Source: Octopus sinensis (Eukaryota). From it: a DNA stretch of 64,000 bases. The stretch is taken from assembly GCF_006345805.1 (NCBI RefSeq), contig NC_043002.1, forward strand, positions 115,320,001 to 115,384,000, written 5' to 3'. Shown here piece after piece: positions 1-11,800 of this stretch. Made by a program: the position numbers and the translations under genes. Under the pieces are notes generated by a model. That model searched no databases, had not been told where the DNA came from, and worked only from the letters and a program-made list of their open reading frames with translations. Each line of letters starts with the position of its first letter. Positions within the stretch are counted from its first letter, which is position 1.

Positions 1-537
1 TTTTCCATTCAATTATGCCAGGCATTTTTGAAATTCCGTACCATCGTAAAAACATTCCATCCAATTTGTAGGATCTCTAGTGACTATTGTCACATATCTC
101 GTTTATAAAAAATTAGAATACACAGTAACTTAAACAGAATTGAAAACTTAATTATTCTATCATGAGAGAATTTCGTTTTGCGTTCACCTTTAATCAGTTT
201 GATTAAACATAAATTTTAGTTTGAAAGTCTTTATTATCAATGTGGTTCTCACCATAGCAATACTTAAAAAATTTAACTGTATATCTCGTGAAAAAATTAT
301 TGGTTAGACCATCAACGAAAATATTCGTTATTAATTGACTGTCAGAATGATTTGATCCCAAAATAATAATGCTTAGAATGTTCTTCGTTATATAATATTA
401 GACAACCTCGTTTTAAAAATCAGATTCAAACAAATGCACACACTTATTTGTTTGTGTGTACACATATATAAAACATAAATGCCGTTTAATTGAGCATTTG
501 CCAAATGTCAAAGTGAACGAGTATAGGTTTCCTTGAG

Positions 538-794
538 GTAAGTTTCGGAAGTACGTCTTTCTTTTCCTGTATGAGCAGAGAGAGTTTTCATTCTAAAAAT
601 AATTCTCCGTATGCTGCATTTTCTTTTTTTTTTTTTGACCGGTTGGTATTTAAACTTATTACAATAACACTTTTTTTTTTTTTTTTGCTTTATTGAAATA
701 AAATCCGTTTTTAATGAATACTATATTCTTCTCAGAAATATAGAAACTATAATGATAATTTTCATGAAATAATATGAAGGTATATTATTTTCAG
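538..794 (+). other. Putative 5'UTR intron of the START gene (257 bp)
   Basis: Consensus donor GAG|GTAAGT at 538, T-rich interior, acceptor TATTATTTTCAG| ending at 794, 9 nt upstream of ATG 804. Confidence 0.6.
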
Positions 795-803
795 CTCTTC
801 ACT

Positions 804-1442
804 ATGTCAAAGGAAGATTACGAAAACCTCGCCAAGAAATTACTTTCTACAGTAGAAGATTACATGGAAGATGGAAATGGATGGAAAGTTATTGTGGATA
901 AGCCAAATGTTATTGTATCTTCTCGTAAATCAACAGAATTTAATGGTAATTTATACAAAGCTGAGGGAATAATTGAAGCATCCCCTGATACTGTATTTCA
1001 ATATTTAGACCCGTCACCTGATTCTCTCCGCCTTCAATGGGATAAAAGAATGGCTGGTATCGAGTGTCTTGAAGTATTGAGTCCTAATTTGAAAATAGCA
1101 CGAATGTACACTGGGGCTGAAGTAATAAATATCATATCCCCAAGAGATTTCGTGGATCTTATATTCAATGTGGAAAACGATAAATTCATAGCTACCTGTG
1201 CAGTTAGTATTGAGTATTCGAAATGTCCACCGGTAGCAGACTTTGTTCGGGGTTTCGATCACCCATGTGCTTTGGTGTGCATTAAAGTTCCTGGAGATGC
1301 AAACAAAACTAATTTGCTAAGCTTATTACAACCAGACCTTCGAGGTAGGTTACCAACCGAAATTGTTGATTCGGCAATGCCTAATTCCCTTGCAGGGTTT
1401 TATGATGGCCTTAGAGATACAATACTCAAAAAGGCTCCTTAA
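804..1442 (+). CDS. STARD5: START-domain lipid/sterol transfer protein, StARD4/5/6 subfamily (StARD5-like), 212 aa, CDS in one exon
   Basis: Uninterrupted ORF with START motifs: GWKVIVDKPNVIVSSRKSTEFNGNLYKAEGII, RLQWDK, IISPRDFVDL, FVRGFDHPC, DLRGRLP..IVDSAMP. ATG 804 follows an acceptor-like TTATTTTCAG (ends 794), and the length matches vertebrate STARD5 (about 213 aa). The ORF track starts at 774. Exact orthology within StARD4/5/6 is not resolved. Confidence 0.87.
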   Translation: MSKEDYENLAKKLLSTVEDYMEDGNGWKVIVDKPNVIVSSRKSTEFNGNLYKAEGIIEASPDTVFQYLDPSPDSLRLQWDKRMAGIECLEVLSPNLKIARMYTGAEVINIISPRDFVDLIFNVENDKFIATCAVSIEYSKCPPVADFVRGFDHPCALVCIKVPGDANKTNLLSLLQPDLRGRLPTEIVDSAMPNSLAGFYDGLRDTILKKAP

Positions 1443-3113
1443 GTTTTACCAAATTTATTGGTAAAATTTGATAAATGATATATGAATGGTGTTTGTCCCA
1501 ATAACTTTTCTAAACCAAAAGTTTATGTATTCAATGAAAACCTGTCGAAATCCTATTAAATTTGAAGTTCAGTAACCGCATATTGTTTTGTCTTGTTTAC
1601 TTTCTAAGTATATATTGTATTCTTAATTGTATGTTTATGCTCATTACACTTTCGTAATTTTAATACATTACCGTGCAACATTGTGTAGTTTTTGATCTTA
1701 GTCTACATATTTCGTTCTTTTTTTTTATATAAAAAATTTATCGGCATAAAACTGTTTGGTCCAATTACGTTAAGATAATCTAGAGTGCTAGTTTAAATTG
1801 ACTCATTTGAATTACTCCAAATCGAAAATAATTATTTTCACCGTGAGCATATGATCCGGAGATAGTTTATTTAGCTTGTATACGGAAGATTTGGCTTGTA
1901 AATAACGTAGAAAGGGAACATCACTAGATTCTAGCTGAATAGCTTTTTTTAGTTTTAAATAGGGAATTTAAATTACCAATATTGTCGATAGGACTCTCCT
2001 GAAAGTAAAAAAAAAAAAATCAATTCAAAAAGTTTCATTTCTTTAAATAGTGAAAATTTTAAAGTTTAATATTTGACCAATAGTAGGTGGAATTGATACT
2101 CTTATATTCTTCTTGAATAACTGAAAGCTGATGAACGCAGAAAAGGAATTTGAGATATGAGCTTTTGAGGAGGAGCCTGCTTGTTGTAGATATATCGCTA
2201 ACTATTTCTATTGAAATTTGAAATTTTTTAAACCATTGCAATTGTAGAAATAATTATTCCTTATTTTACTTCGTTTTTAAACTTATTTAAATGTTTCGCT
2301 AAGCTGTGTCTGCGCAATATATTTTAGTCTAAAAACGAAAGAATTTATCATAGTTAATTCAAAGACCACTGTAACTACTTCGGGTTGCTGAAAATGAGGT
2401 TGTAGGCATTTACTTTTTAAATATGGGTCTGCTTGCAGAGAAAGTGATCTGGAAAAGTTAAAGGTTAAAATTGTAAATATTTGCGTGGCGTGAGAGGTGA
2501 TACAATAGGACTAGAAGATACATCGCGAGACAGTACAGCTTGTTATAAAACGAGACGAAGAGCTTTGAGACTACTTGCCAAATAAGCAAATTGTTTTGGA
2601 TATGCACTTTAAATGAAAATATTTTCCTTTGTAGCAGTTGCGCCGTCATAGATGTGAGCAGTACAGCAATGTCTTAGAATCTACGCTAAATAAGACAACT
2701 TTATGGAATACTTTAGGAAGTTATGTAAAGTTAGATAACAAATGTTTATAGCGTTTCTTGAAAGATAGGTTTTGATGTTCCTATACGATTTTGTCATTAT
2801 TCATGGGAATATTTCAGTCTTGAACCGAGCGACGAATGGCCTCCAAAGCCTGTGCCAGACGTCTAAGCTGTACGGGAATTACAAAGACTGTCAACTTAGA
2901 TTGTAGAGGTATAACCTAACGATAGCCAATTACAGGACAGAATGCAAGGCGTTGTGTGACGGTATGGGCTAATAATACTTTCGGTCTAAGAAATGACTAG
3001 ATTGAAGCTAATTGCCAGACAACGTGAAGACATTTTCGTGCCAGAGCCGATCTAAAGCCTTGTCAAGTTACAAATAATTTACATGGATATTTGTCCTCAT
3101 CTTGTTTGTTGTT

Positions 3114-3159
3114 ACCCCAACGTTTCGACTGATATACCCTCCAGCCTTCTTCAGGTGTC
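3114..3159 (-). ncRNA. Minimal type I hammerhead ribozyme motif (core intact, stem I damaged)
   Basis: Minus strand: GACAC-CTGAAGA-A-GGCTG(GAGGGTATAT)CAGTC-GAAAC-GT-T-GGGGT. Palindromic stem III AACGTT. Confidence 0.65.
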
Positions 3160-3337
3160 TTGAGGAAATATCGAACTTGGGTTCTCATTCCTAAGGTATT
3201 TTTCGATGTTATTATTGTTCAGGTCACTGCTTGGAATCTAACTCAGAATCTTGGAGTTAGTAGCCCGCACTCTTAACCACTACGCCATATATCGAAAATA
3301 AATTAGGAATGAGATGCCAGGTTCGAAATTTCCCCAA

Positions 3338-3383
3338 GACACCTGAAGAAGGCTGGAGGGTGTATCAGCCAAAACGTTGTGTT
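3338..3383 (+). ncRNA. Minimal type I hammerhead ribozyme motif (stems intact, G12>A core mutation)
   Basis: GACAC-CTGAAGA-A-GGCTG(GAGGGTGTAT)CAGCC-AAAAC-GT-T-GTGTT. Stem I is GACAC/GTGTT and stem II is GGCTG/CAGCC. Confidence 0.6.
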
Positions 3384-3616
3384 AGCAACAACCAAGATGA
3401 CAAATATCCGTCGAATGTAAATAATGTAGGTAATGTACATAATTCCTCATCTCTTAAATATAGAACTGTATCACAAATAATTTGACATAAAAAAAGCGTG
3501 TACAGATTGAAGATAAGTGGACAGCAAACACAAATTCCTTCTACAATAGGAGTGACTTTCAAAAACGAGTTCTTTGCTGCTTAGTATCTTGGCAGGTAAG
3601 AATTTGTAATTACTAA

Positions 3617-3814
3617 GGCGGCGAGCTGGCAGAAACGTTAGCACGCCGGGCGAAATGTTTAGCAGTATTTCGTCTGCCGCTACCTTCTGAGTTCAAATAC
3701 TGCCGAGGTAGACTTTGCCTTTCATCCTTTCGGGGTCGATGTAATCGACTTAATCCCTTTGTCTATCCTTGTTTGTCCCCTCTATGTTTAGCCCCTTGTG
3801 GGTAATAAAGAAAT
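3617..3814 (+). mobile_element. tRNA-derived SINE type A (GGCGGCGAGCTGGCAG head, ...CCCCTTGTGGGYAATAAAGAAATA tail)
   Basis: Head with A/B-box-like motifs. 18-bp TSD AGGTAAGAATTTGTAATT at 3594-3611 and 3815-3832. Confidence 0.9.
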
Positions 3815-6800
3815 AGGTAAGAATTTGTAATTGTTGGTTTCTTTGGAAATCTAAAATGTTACAAAGAAAATCGGTTACATTAGTGAACAATTATCAAAAG
3901 AATTCCTCATTATGTCACCAGCATATGTAATGGATTTTAAGAATATCGGGAAATATGAAAATATTTGAAATACGATTTGCTTGAGTTTGGACTGTTTCTC
4001 TGTTAGTATGTTATGAACTTAAAATACTTTAAAAATTCAGTTTCATTGAAAAACAATGGCTATGCACTTGATAAGTATCATTGCATATTTGTACTTCAGA
4101 GAAACGAGTCGCTCAAAATATTGTCTCCAGTTGTCTATTTATAGGAAGAGATTTGAATGAACCTAATGCTAAAACCGGCACTGCTAAAGCACCAAAAATT
4201 AGAAGCAATTTATCATGGCTGTGCAAAATTGGGAAAGTAGTAACTAATCAGCTTTTAATTTTGAACTTTATAGTGATAAATGAAACGTCGGTAGATTTAA
4301 TTAAAGTTACATATTTATCACTGTTAAAATGAATTCTACAATATTATTCGCGTGAAGTAATTGACGTTATAAATTTATCGTTCGTAGTGACGAATAGATT
4401 TTTGTGATTTAGATTAGCAGTAAACTGGAATTAACATGACGTCAGATTGTTTTACTGCATTACGCTACCGTCTTTTATTCGTTCTATAGCAGTTAGAACG
4501 CAACGCAATTGTAATGAGCAATATGAGATTGTAGGATAGTTGAGAAGCACGACTGGCTTAACCATAATACAAATTTTCTAAGGGGTTATTTAATGATTAC
4601 ATTTTATATATATATATATGAAATGCACAAATCTTATTTTATTACACCCCACAAAGAGGAGATAAGTTCTGATAGCCTCAAGAAATGAGTCGGACAATAT
4701 CCTTCATTGATGGCTTCGTTGAAGCTTCTTAAAAGAATATTGTCCTTAACGAGCTGAACGCATTGAAACTCTTGGTTTTATACATTTTCTATTTGAATAA
4801 ATTTGTAGATTTAAACCTTTTCATTGTTGATTTCTAGTGTCTTCGACTTTGCTCTTAAACACCAGAGCAAACATTAACAAGCAGAATATTTTTGTGGTAT
4901 GATGTTATTCAGTTTCTTAATTTGGTTTTTAAACCATAGAGAAAACGGTGATTCCTTTTTGTTTCTTTTCCTTCCAATATTCATTTCCAAATTAGATCTG
5001 AAATTTATAGAATTAATTTTTATAGCTCATCACACATTTGTCTTAAATCTAAAACTTATCTGGTCTAACCCTTAAACAACGGGAAAGGGTTGCATAACTG
5101 TGCCAAATGGGTGATAAACAATAACCCCTTCTCTTAAAGGTAATTTATATATTTTCACTTTAAATGAGTACAAAAACTATATTTGTCTCGTACAATAAAA
5201 ATTTATGATCTCGTCGAAAATTTCTCGAAAATGTTCATTTTCCTTTGTCGGCAGTATCCATGTAAATTCGAAACATCAACTGATGTTTGTCGATTAAAGC
5301 ACAGGAATTTAACAATTCTAAGTGATCACTGATATAAATTAGTATTTATCTCGGTATATATTGTATATTCTGAAGAACATTTCTAGAGATTTCTTTAATG
5401 GTTGTTTGGAAACAATAGTAAATTTACGTGCTATCACCAAAAACAAGCAAGTGTTTCCAAGGCAGGTGACAGCATTTAAACACCCATTACCGCACATTTT
5501 TCAAAACTTTCAGAATTTGTAGTCTAAGTAATTGATAATTACTGTAAAAAATATATTTACTTCATATGTGGCAAAATTAAAAACTAATAGCACAGAAAAT
5601 ATGGGCCACAAAACGTTTTAAAGATCATAACAGATCTTTTAATTTTCCATTCGAGTTTTAATATTAATGTAAACGTTACACTGTACTTTAGAGTATTCAA
5701 ATGTTTGATTTCCAAGATGGTTATAGGATTTTTCTTAAATCCTGAGGGAAAATTTCAACTTCAATATCAGATCAGCAATAACAACCCAACACTAGCTAAA
5801 TATTGTATAGAGTATTGTGAATAAAAGCGAAATTCTGTTCTATTATATTCCAAAAATATTGCCAACCAGTATTTTGAGTGCCAATATAATTGGCACCGAG
5901 ATTAGTGAAGAAATACACTTTACTTGCAGAAATTATAAGTTAGCAAATACTGGCAGAAATTATTGGCATGAACAAAATTTCCTGGAGGAATGTTTCGCAT
6001 CTTTAAGGTTGAAAATATACAGAACTAAAGCTGAATAGGTAGTATACTTAATTGGAAAAATAGTATAATTCTTGTAACAACTATTTGTGATTGTTCAAGC
6101 ATTCTGATTCAATGTTACAAATACTTTCAATGACTAATCAGAGGGATTTTTCTCTCGGACGCTGTAACTGACCGGCTACTCTCTAATCAGATTTAGCCTT
6201 GTGACATTAAGGGTCAGGTCGTAGTATTAAGCCGGATGATGAATTAAACATACCAACCATGAATCAGAACGACACCGCTACAATTTCCATTTACCAAATG
6301 TTTCTCGCCAGTGAAACCAGAAGCAATAGATCATTGCTCAAGGCCCTGTAGAAACCAAGTAGTCTCAAAACTAATTCCTTGATCCAAATATTAAGCAAGA
6401 ATTGATTTAACACCGAGCAACTTTTTCAAAGCGATCGATTAAAAAAAAACTACTGATTACAATATTTTACAGTTCGGTAGATGTTAAATATCGATTATGC
6501 TTAATGTATACAATGATTAATCATTGAATTGGGTTTTCGTGTTCAACTGTTCCCTTTGTAATCTTCCGATACACTAATACTTTTTTAATGTTGAAAAAGT
6601 TTGATAGTCTAACGTACCTGTGGTGGAAACTTGATCAGGAGAAAAGATCCGTTGCAAGGAAGTTGATTATAGTAGGAATATAACAATAGGGGCGAGCGCT
6701 GTAAAACAAATTTCGTGAAGCCCAGTCGAAACCATATCACTTTACATTACCTTCTTAAAAAGTTTGGCCATCCTTTCCTTAAAATATGGACTTTCTATCC

Positions 6801-8461
6801 AATCGAATTATTGCAGGTACATGAGTGTTGTACTAACTTTAAGTTACATCTGTAATTATAAGGTATTTTTAATATTGTTTACAGCAAATTTTAGGTGATA
6901 ATCAGGAGATTAGGGAAAATAGAACTCCCAGAAGATCAATAGAAAACTATTTTTGCATGTTACATCTTTTCCAATGGTTTACTTAATTCATCAGCGCTGT
7001 GATAGTTTTACTATATCAACATTTTACTGTTTTGATGTAATTTAAGTTGTATCTACTTGAAATATTGTTTCTGGGAGTTGTAACGGGTGACGATAAAAAT
7101 GTAATGTGATAATCAGTATCATCTTAACTAATTCGCAAAGGCTTACAGATTTACACTGCAAAAACTCACGACCAAACGGAGCCTTTACGCAATTGCTCGA
7201 TCTAAAAATAGCAGCTTAATCTTCAATTAATCCTATCGTCTTAAAATAGATGATGCATTGGATAAGTCTCCGACACTTTAAAAGGAAATTGCATTGTTAT
7301 AAGCAGGAGCACGTTTGATTATTGGCTCTTGGATCTTAGTTGAGATTAAGCAACCATTCACTCTCACTGTATACTGATATAGGTTTCATATTCAGTGTCT
7401 ATACATTATCCAGTTTCATTTCATAACAAATTGTACTTTTTTTAATTGACTTAAGCTGACTTTTGAAGAGTATATTTTCATTTATGTAGCAATTAAAAAC
7501 TAAATAACTTTTCAGTCATAAGTAAAATTGCTTTGAATATTTTTCGTACCTGATGCAGTACGCCACCCAATGCATTTAACGCTCGCTTCTAAAACTTAAC
7601 TATTGACAGATACTCGGCTAAAGGTACAGCATGACCCACTACAATATACTGCTGTACATCTTTCCAAGGATTATTTTCTCTCACCAATATAATTTCAGGC
7701 CCCAGTTTAGAGATAGATTTTCATCATGATAATCACCTAAACCTGTTTTTTTCTTTCGTCTATTAATGCAAACACCTATGAACGGGTGTTCTTTCATATA
7801 ACAAAACTACTTCCTATGGTTATTTAACGGCATTTCATTGAGTAGCTAAACTGATCTCCCATGGTTAAGACAATCTTCAGTTCTTATAGAATGGTGTATA
7901 ACTGATAAAAAATAGCACAGTGATTCATAACTAATTGACCTTGGAGCAATAAGAAATAAATCCTACCACAGTAGCATCAGAACTCAGAACGCCGACAGTA
8001 AAAATTGTACAGCATTTTGTCTAGTGCTATTATCTGTATGAATTTCTATATAATACTAAGGTGCAAACTCAAGTATTCATGGATTGTCTACGAAAGAATT
8101 AGCTATATCATAACGTGCTTCAATAAAATAGTTTATATCTAGTTGCAAATGCGATAGTTTATTGAAAAATGAATCAAGTTAAATTTTGTCTGAATTTAAA
8201 TATCAAATTATTATTAATGTCCGAAATTATTGCACGTATATGGATTTATTTTCTAAAACACGCATATTTTTCAGTATGAAACTTATACTAAAATGTGTTT
8301 ATTGTTCAAAACTGCTACATATTTGAATGTTCAACAGTAAATCTATAGTTTTTGTTTTAAGTTATTTTAACATTTTAAAGTGGAAAATAGCTGCATGACA
8401 GAGATTAAAGGAACTTTTATTTCTTACAAATATTAAAATTGCTTTAATTGAAATGAATATA

Positions 8462-8645
8462 GGTTTCAAATTTTGACACAAGGCCATCAATTTGAGGGGA
8501 AAGGTAAGTCAATTACATCGACCCCAGGGCTCGAAAGGATGAAAGGTAAAGTCGACCTCGATGGAATTTGAACTCAGAACCTAACGACGAACGAAATTCT
8601 AAGCATTTTGCTCGACAAGCTAACGATTCTGCCAGCTCGCTGCCC
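8462..8645 (-). mobile_element. SINE A head/body with alternative tail (…GGCCTTGTGTCAAAATTTGAAACC), internally deleted
   Basis: Reverse complement matches the SINE A head and body. The 3' end resembles the copy at 37210-37370, not the Tx1-like tail. Confidence 0.75.
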
Positions 8646-8843
8646 TTTTTAATATGGGTATTAATATATGATAATCTTTCTCGGAGGATTTATTGTTTCA
8701 TTACAACGCAAATATGCAAACGTATATTTAAATTTCACAGCACCAGACGTCTCAACATTTCATATATCTAGTTTTTACGATGCTATCGCTATAAGCAAAT
8801 CCGAAAAATAACTTTCAGCTCACTATACAATTGCAGTTATGAA

Positions 8844-9475
8844 GGCGGCGAGCTGGCAGAAACGTTAGCACGCTGGACGAAATGCTTACAGGTATTTCGT
8901 CTGCCGTTACGTTCTGTGTTCAAATTCCGCCGAGGTCAACTTTGCCTTTCATCCTTTCGGGGTCGATAAATTAAGTACCAGTTCCGTACTGGGGTCGATG
9001 TTATCGACTTAATCCCTTTGTCTGTCCTTGTTTGTCCCCTCTATGTTTAGCCCCTTGTGGGCAATAAAGAAATAAGAAACGATAGCACGCCGGGCGAAAT
9101 GCGTAGCCGTATTTTGTCTGCCGTTACGTTCTGAGTTCAAATTCCGCCGAGGTCGACTTTGCCTTTCATCCTTTCGGGGTCGATTAAACAAGTACCAGTT
9201 ACGCACTGGGGTCGATATAATCGACTTAATCTGTTTGTCTGTCCTTGTTTGTCCTCTCTGTATTTAGCCCCTTGCGGGTAGTAAAGAAATAGGTATTTCG
9301 CCTGCCGCTACGTTCTGAGTTCAAATTCCGCCGAGGTCGACTTTGCCTTCCATCCTTTCGGGGTCGATTAAATAAGTACCAGTTTCGCACTGGGGTCGAT
9401 GTAATCGACATAATCCATTTGTCTGTCCTTGTTTGTCCCCTCTATGTTTAGCTCCTTGTGGGCAATAAAGAAATA
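8844..9475 (+). mobile_element. SINE A trimer (full unit 8844-9074; 5'-truncated units 9075-9291 and 9292-9475)
   Basis: Three tandem bodies and tails inside one 18-bp TSD, TATACAATTGCAGTTATG (8824-8841 and 9476-9493). Confidence 0.9.
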
Positions 9476-9974
9476 TATACAATTGCAGTTATGCCATGAA
9501 ACTAAATCAGCAAGAGTCACCTGTGTATGCTTCCAGCTCATTAGGGTAATCAGGTGTCGATGTTCATTAGTTCCATCGGTAAAAACAAGACTAGAAATAT
9601 CTCAGATTAAGTCATTAACTGTCGTAACTCCAAAGACGATGCGATCTCATTGAAACTGGAGGGATAAATATTCCGGCTGGTAGTAGTTTCTTTCTGCACC
9701 TTATGAATCGTTACATTTGGCGTTTCATAGCATTTCTTTGAGATCAGTAATAGAAACAATAGCAGTATGTTGTGGTCGATTGGTTATACAAAATACGTTT
9801 CAATCGTAGATTTCAGCATCTGCTGGAAAGATAGTATTGCAATATTTCTCGTGGACAAATAACATTTCACGTAACTGTCAACCTATTTTCACACATATGC
9901 AGGGTTGTGTGTGCATGTGCATATAAATGTGCAGACGTAAGCTATACGCACCTGAATTAAAATTCAAATTAGTC

Positions 9975-10104
9975 CAATACATCTAGTACTTAGTCTATCG
10001 AGTCCATTTAGATGAACTGCAATATGCGATGGCGTAAACATACCAACATACCTACACAAGTTGTCAAGCGGTGGGGAGACAAACATTCTCTCCCTCCGTC
10101 TCTC

Positions 10105-10149
<45 letters not shown>

Positions 10150-10320
10150 CATACATATATATACATATGCGCATACAATGCACATGGCCGATTTCCACAC
10201 AATTTCCTTTACCAAATTTATTTACAAAGCATAGGTCGCTGCTGGGTACTTTCCCAAGACGCCGCGCAGTGAGACTTAACCCGAAACTACGTTATTGAAT
10301 TTTGTAACCACGCAATAGCT
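9975..10320 (-). mobile_element. Degenerate SINE type B copy with expanded internal (TA)n
   Basis: Reverse complement shows B-type head remnants (10200-10320) and GTTTGTCTCCCCACCGCTTGACAAC, with the TA run (about 10105-10165) between them. Confidence 0.6.
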
Positions 10321-11249
10321 CCATGAAATATTTACAGCTAACCATTTTTCATATTTTTTGTTCATATATTGGGGATGGGATCTGAAGTATTAAAGTGATA
10401 ATTTCTTCCTTCCTGCCATGATATCACATAACCAGTTGGTGAGAGGCCTAATTCAACATTAGATATATAACCAGCTTCACTCTGACTCAGTCATTGCTAT
10501 TTGCAGCATCTTAAGGATCCATCCACTTTTAACAGAATTTCTTCTGATAACAGAGCAACTCTGCTACTACTAGATGGCACTTAACGCACTTAGCGAATGC
10601 TAACATGTTCTTGAGATTGCGGTAGATTTTTTATTATTAGTGTCTTCTGTGCAGCATTTTATACAGATTTAAAAACAGCTTAGCACTAGTTCGATTTCGC
10701 AATTTCTTTTTCATATCATTTTTAATATTCGGATACATTTTAGTTCAAAACGTAATACATATTTACATGTGTGTGCAAGCAAATGTGTTGAATATTCGGG
10801 AGCAGTTCTTGTATTTCTGTGCAAAGTATATTATACTAATTTGTATGGCAGGGAATTACTGCATCTTTATTTATATTAACATAACATCTTAACCATTAAA
10901 TAGTAATATATCTACTTAACGCTAAATCTCTAGATACAATTCATTATACTCATTCGGTAACCTACCGTAATAACATTTCTGAGCTTTACGCTTCTTGGTT
11001 TCAACGAGGGAGAGAGCGCAACTGTTATTCCGTATACATTTCATTAATGCCGTTCTAGTTTACGCTGACATTATGCACCTCAGCCAGGACAATACACGCA
11101 ATAACAAATCACAGCACAAAATATTTTCTTATTTTCGGTTTCTAATTTTCACTATATATATACTCTGACATCGAGCTTCTTTTCCAATTATTTGATTTGT
11201 TCTTAGTTTATTCTTTTCTTCCGTCCTTTCCACAACTGTCTATTGGATG

Positions 11250-11800
11250 CTATGGCTATAACTGTACCATTCCTCCAATCTATCTAGAACCTTGTTACAT
11301 TCATTGAGCGTATTTGTAGCTAATAGCAGGTTGCCTTCTTTTCGTCATAGTTTTGTAATTCTGGTCGTAGATGGTACTTAGTACTTCTTTGAACTTAGGT
11401 ATGGTAGAAGTATCTTTTGCCTCTGAGTACGACCAACTCTTATTCTGAAGTCACTAAATATAAATCTGTTGACAGACAGATTCTTCTCCAAATGAAAGAG
11501 GCGTAAAGAATAAACAGCTGGTGAATCACAACCACTTTTCCTGACTGATTAGGTGGCTGGCCAGCTTTCTAAAATTTGTTGCAAATTTTTGTCATTTGTA
11601 TGGTATATTCCTTGTACAATGGTTATAGATTCCACATACAACTAAATTACCATTCTGATGTTTGCTGAGAGGCTCATTGAAAGTCTCAGTCGTAATAACA
11701 AGGTTACTACCGGCTGTTATCACGACGGTATACGGAAATACTTCATAGAAACATCACATTGCTTATCTGTTGGTCTGCGGTGAGGAAATAGAAATTAATG
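11250..11800 (-). mobile_element. Decayed Gypsy/Ty3 LTR-retrotransposon pol fragment (RNase H/integrase zinc-finger junction)
   Basis: Minus-strand frames give DKNLQQILESWPAT, ELVVLRGK/ILLP and PKFKEVLSTIYDQ, resembling the Gypsy D..LQ.L..GWP and LLRG.RIV.P..L..EVL..LH motifs. Many stops and frameshifts. Confidence 0.5.

Larger units (their letters stand above)
3069..3428 (-). mobile_element. tRNA-headed SINE-like element with a Penelope pLTR-type tail, plus an inverted second copy of that tail
   Basis: Minus-strand tRNA-like head 3286->3220 (GGCGTAGTGGTTAAGAGTGCGGGCTACTAACTCCAAGATTCTGAGTTAGATTCC; A box and decayed B box). Imperfect inverted arms of about 138 bp at 3069-3207 and 3291-3428, each with a hammerhead-like motif. 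Confidence 0.75.

Noticed and set aside
1014-1262. 82-aa minus-strand ORF
   Set aside because: Antisense shadow of the START CDS with no independent features.
1555-1560. ATTAAA as the START gene polyadenylation signal
   Set aside because: Such hexamers are frequent in AT-rich DNA; cannot be supported without 3'-end data.
2059-2241. Possible minus-strand terminal exon (RYIYNKQAPPQKLISQIPF…)
   Set aside because: Weak acceptor, no recognisable domain, and no partner exons found.
3220-3286. tRNA gene (Ser-like)
   Set aside because: No acceptor-stem 3' half or terminator, and it continues into repeat sequence, so it is a SINE head. The same applies to the heads of SINE types A-C.
7540-7740. Possible minus-strand exon ending CAG|GTACGA
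   Set aside because: The best frame has an in-frame TAG and no acceptor; no family match.
8844-9475. CRISPR-like array
   Set aside because: Units are about 200-bp SINE bodies without unique spacers, in a eukaryotic context with no cas genes.
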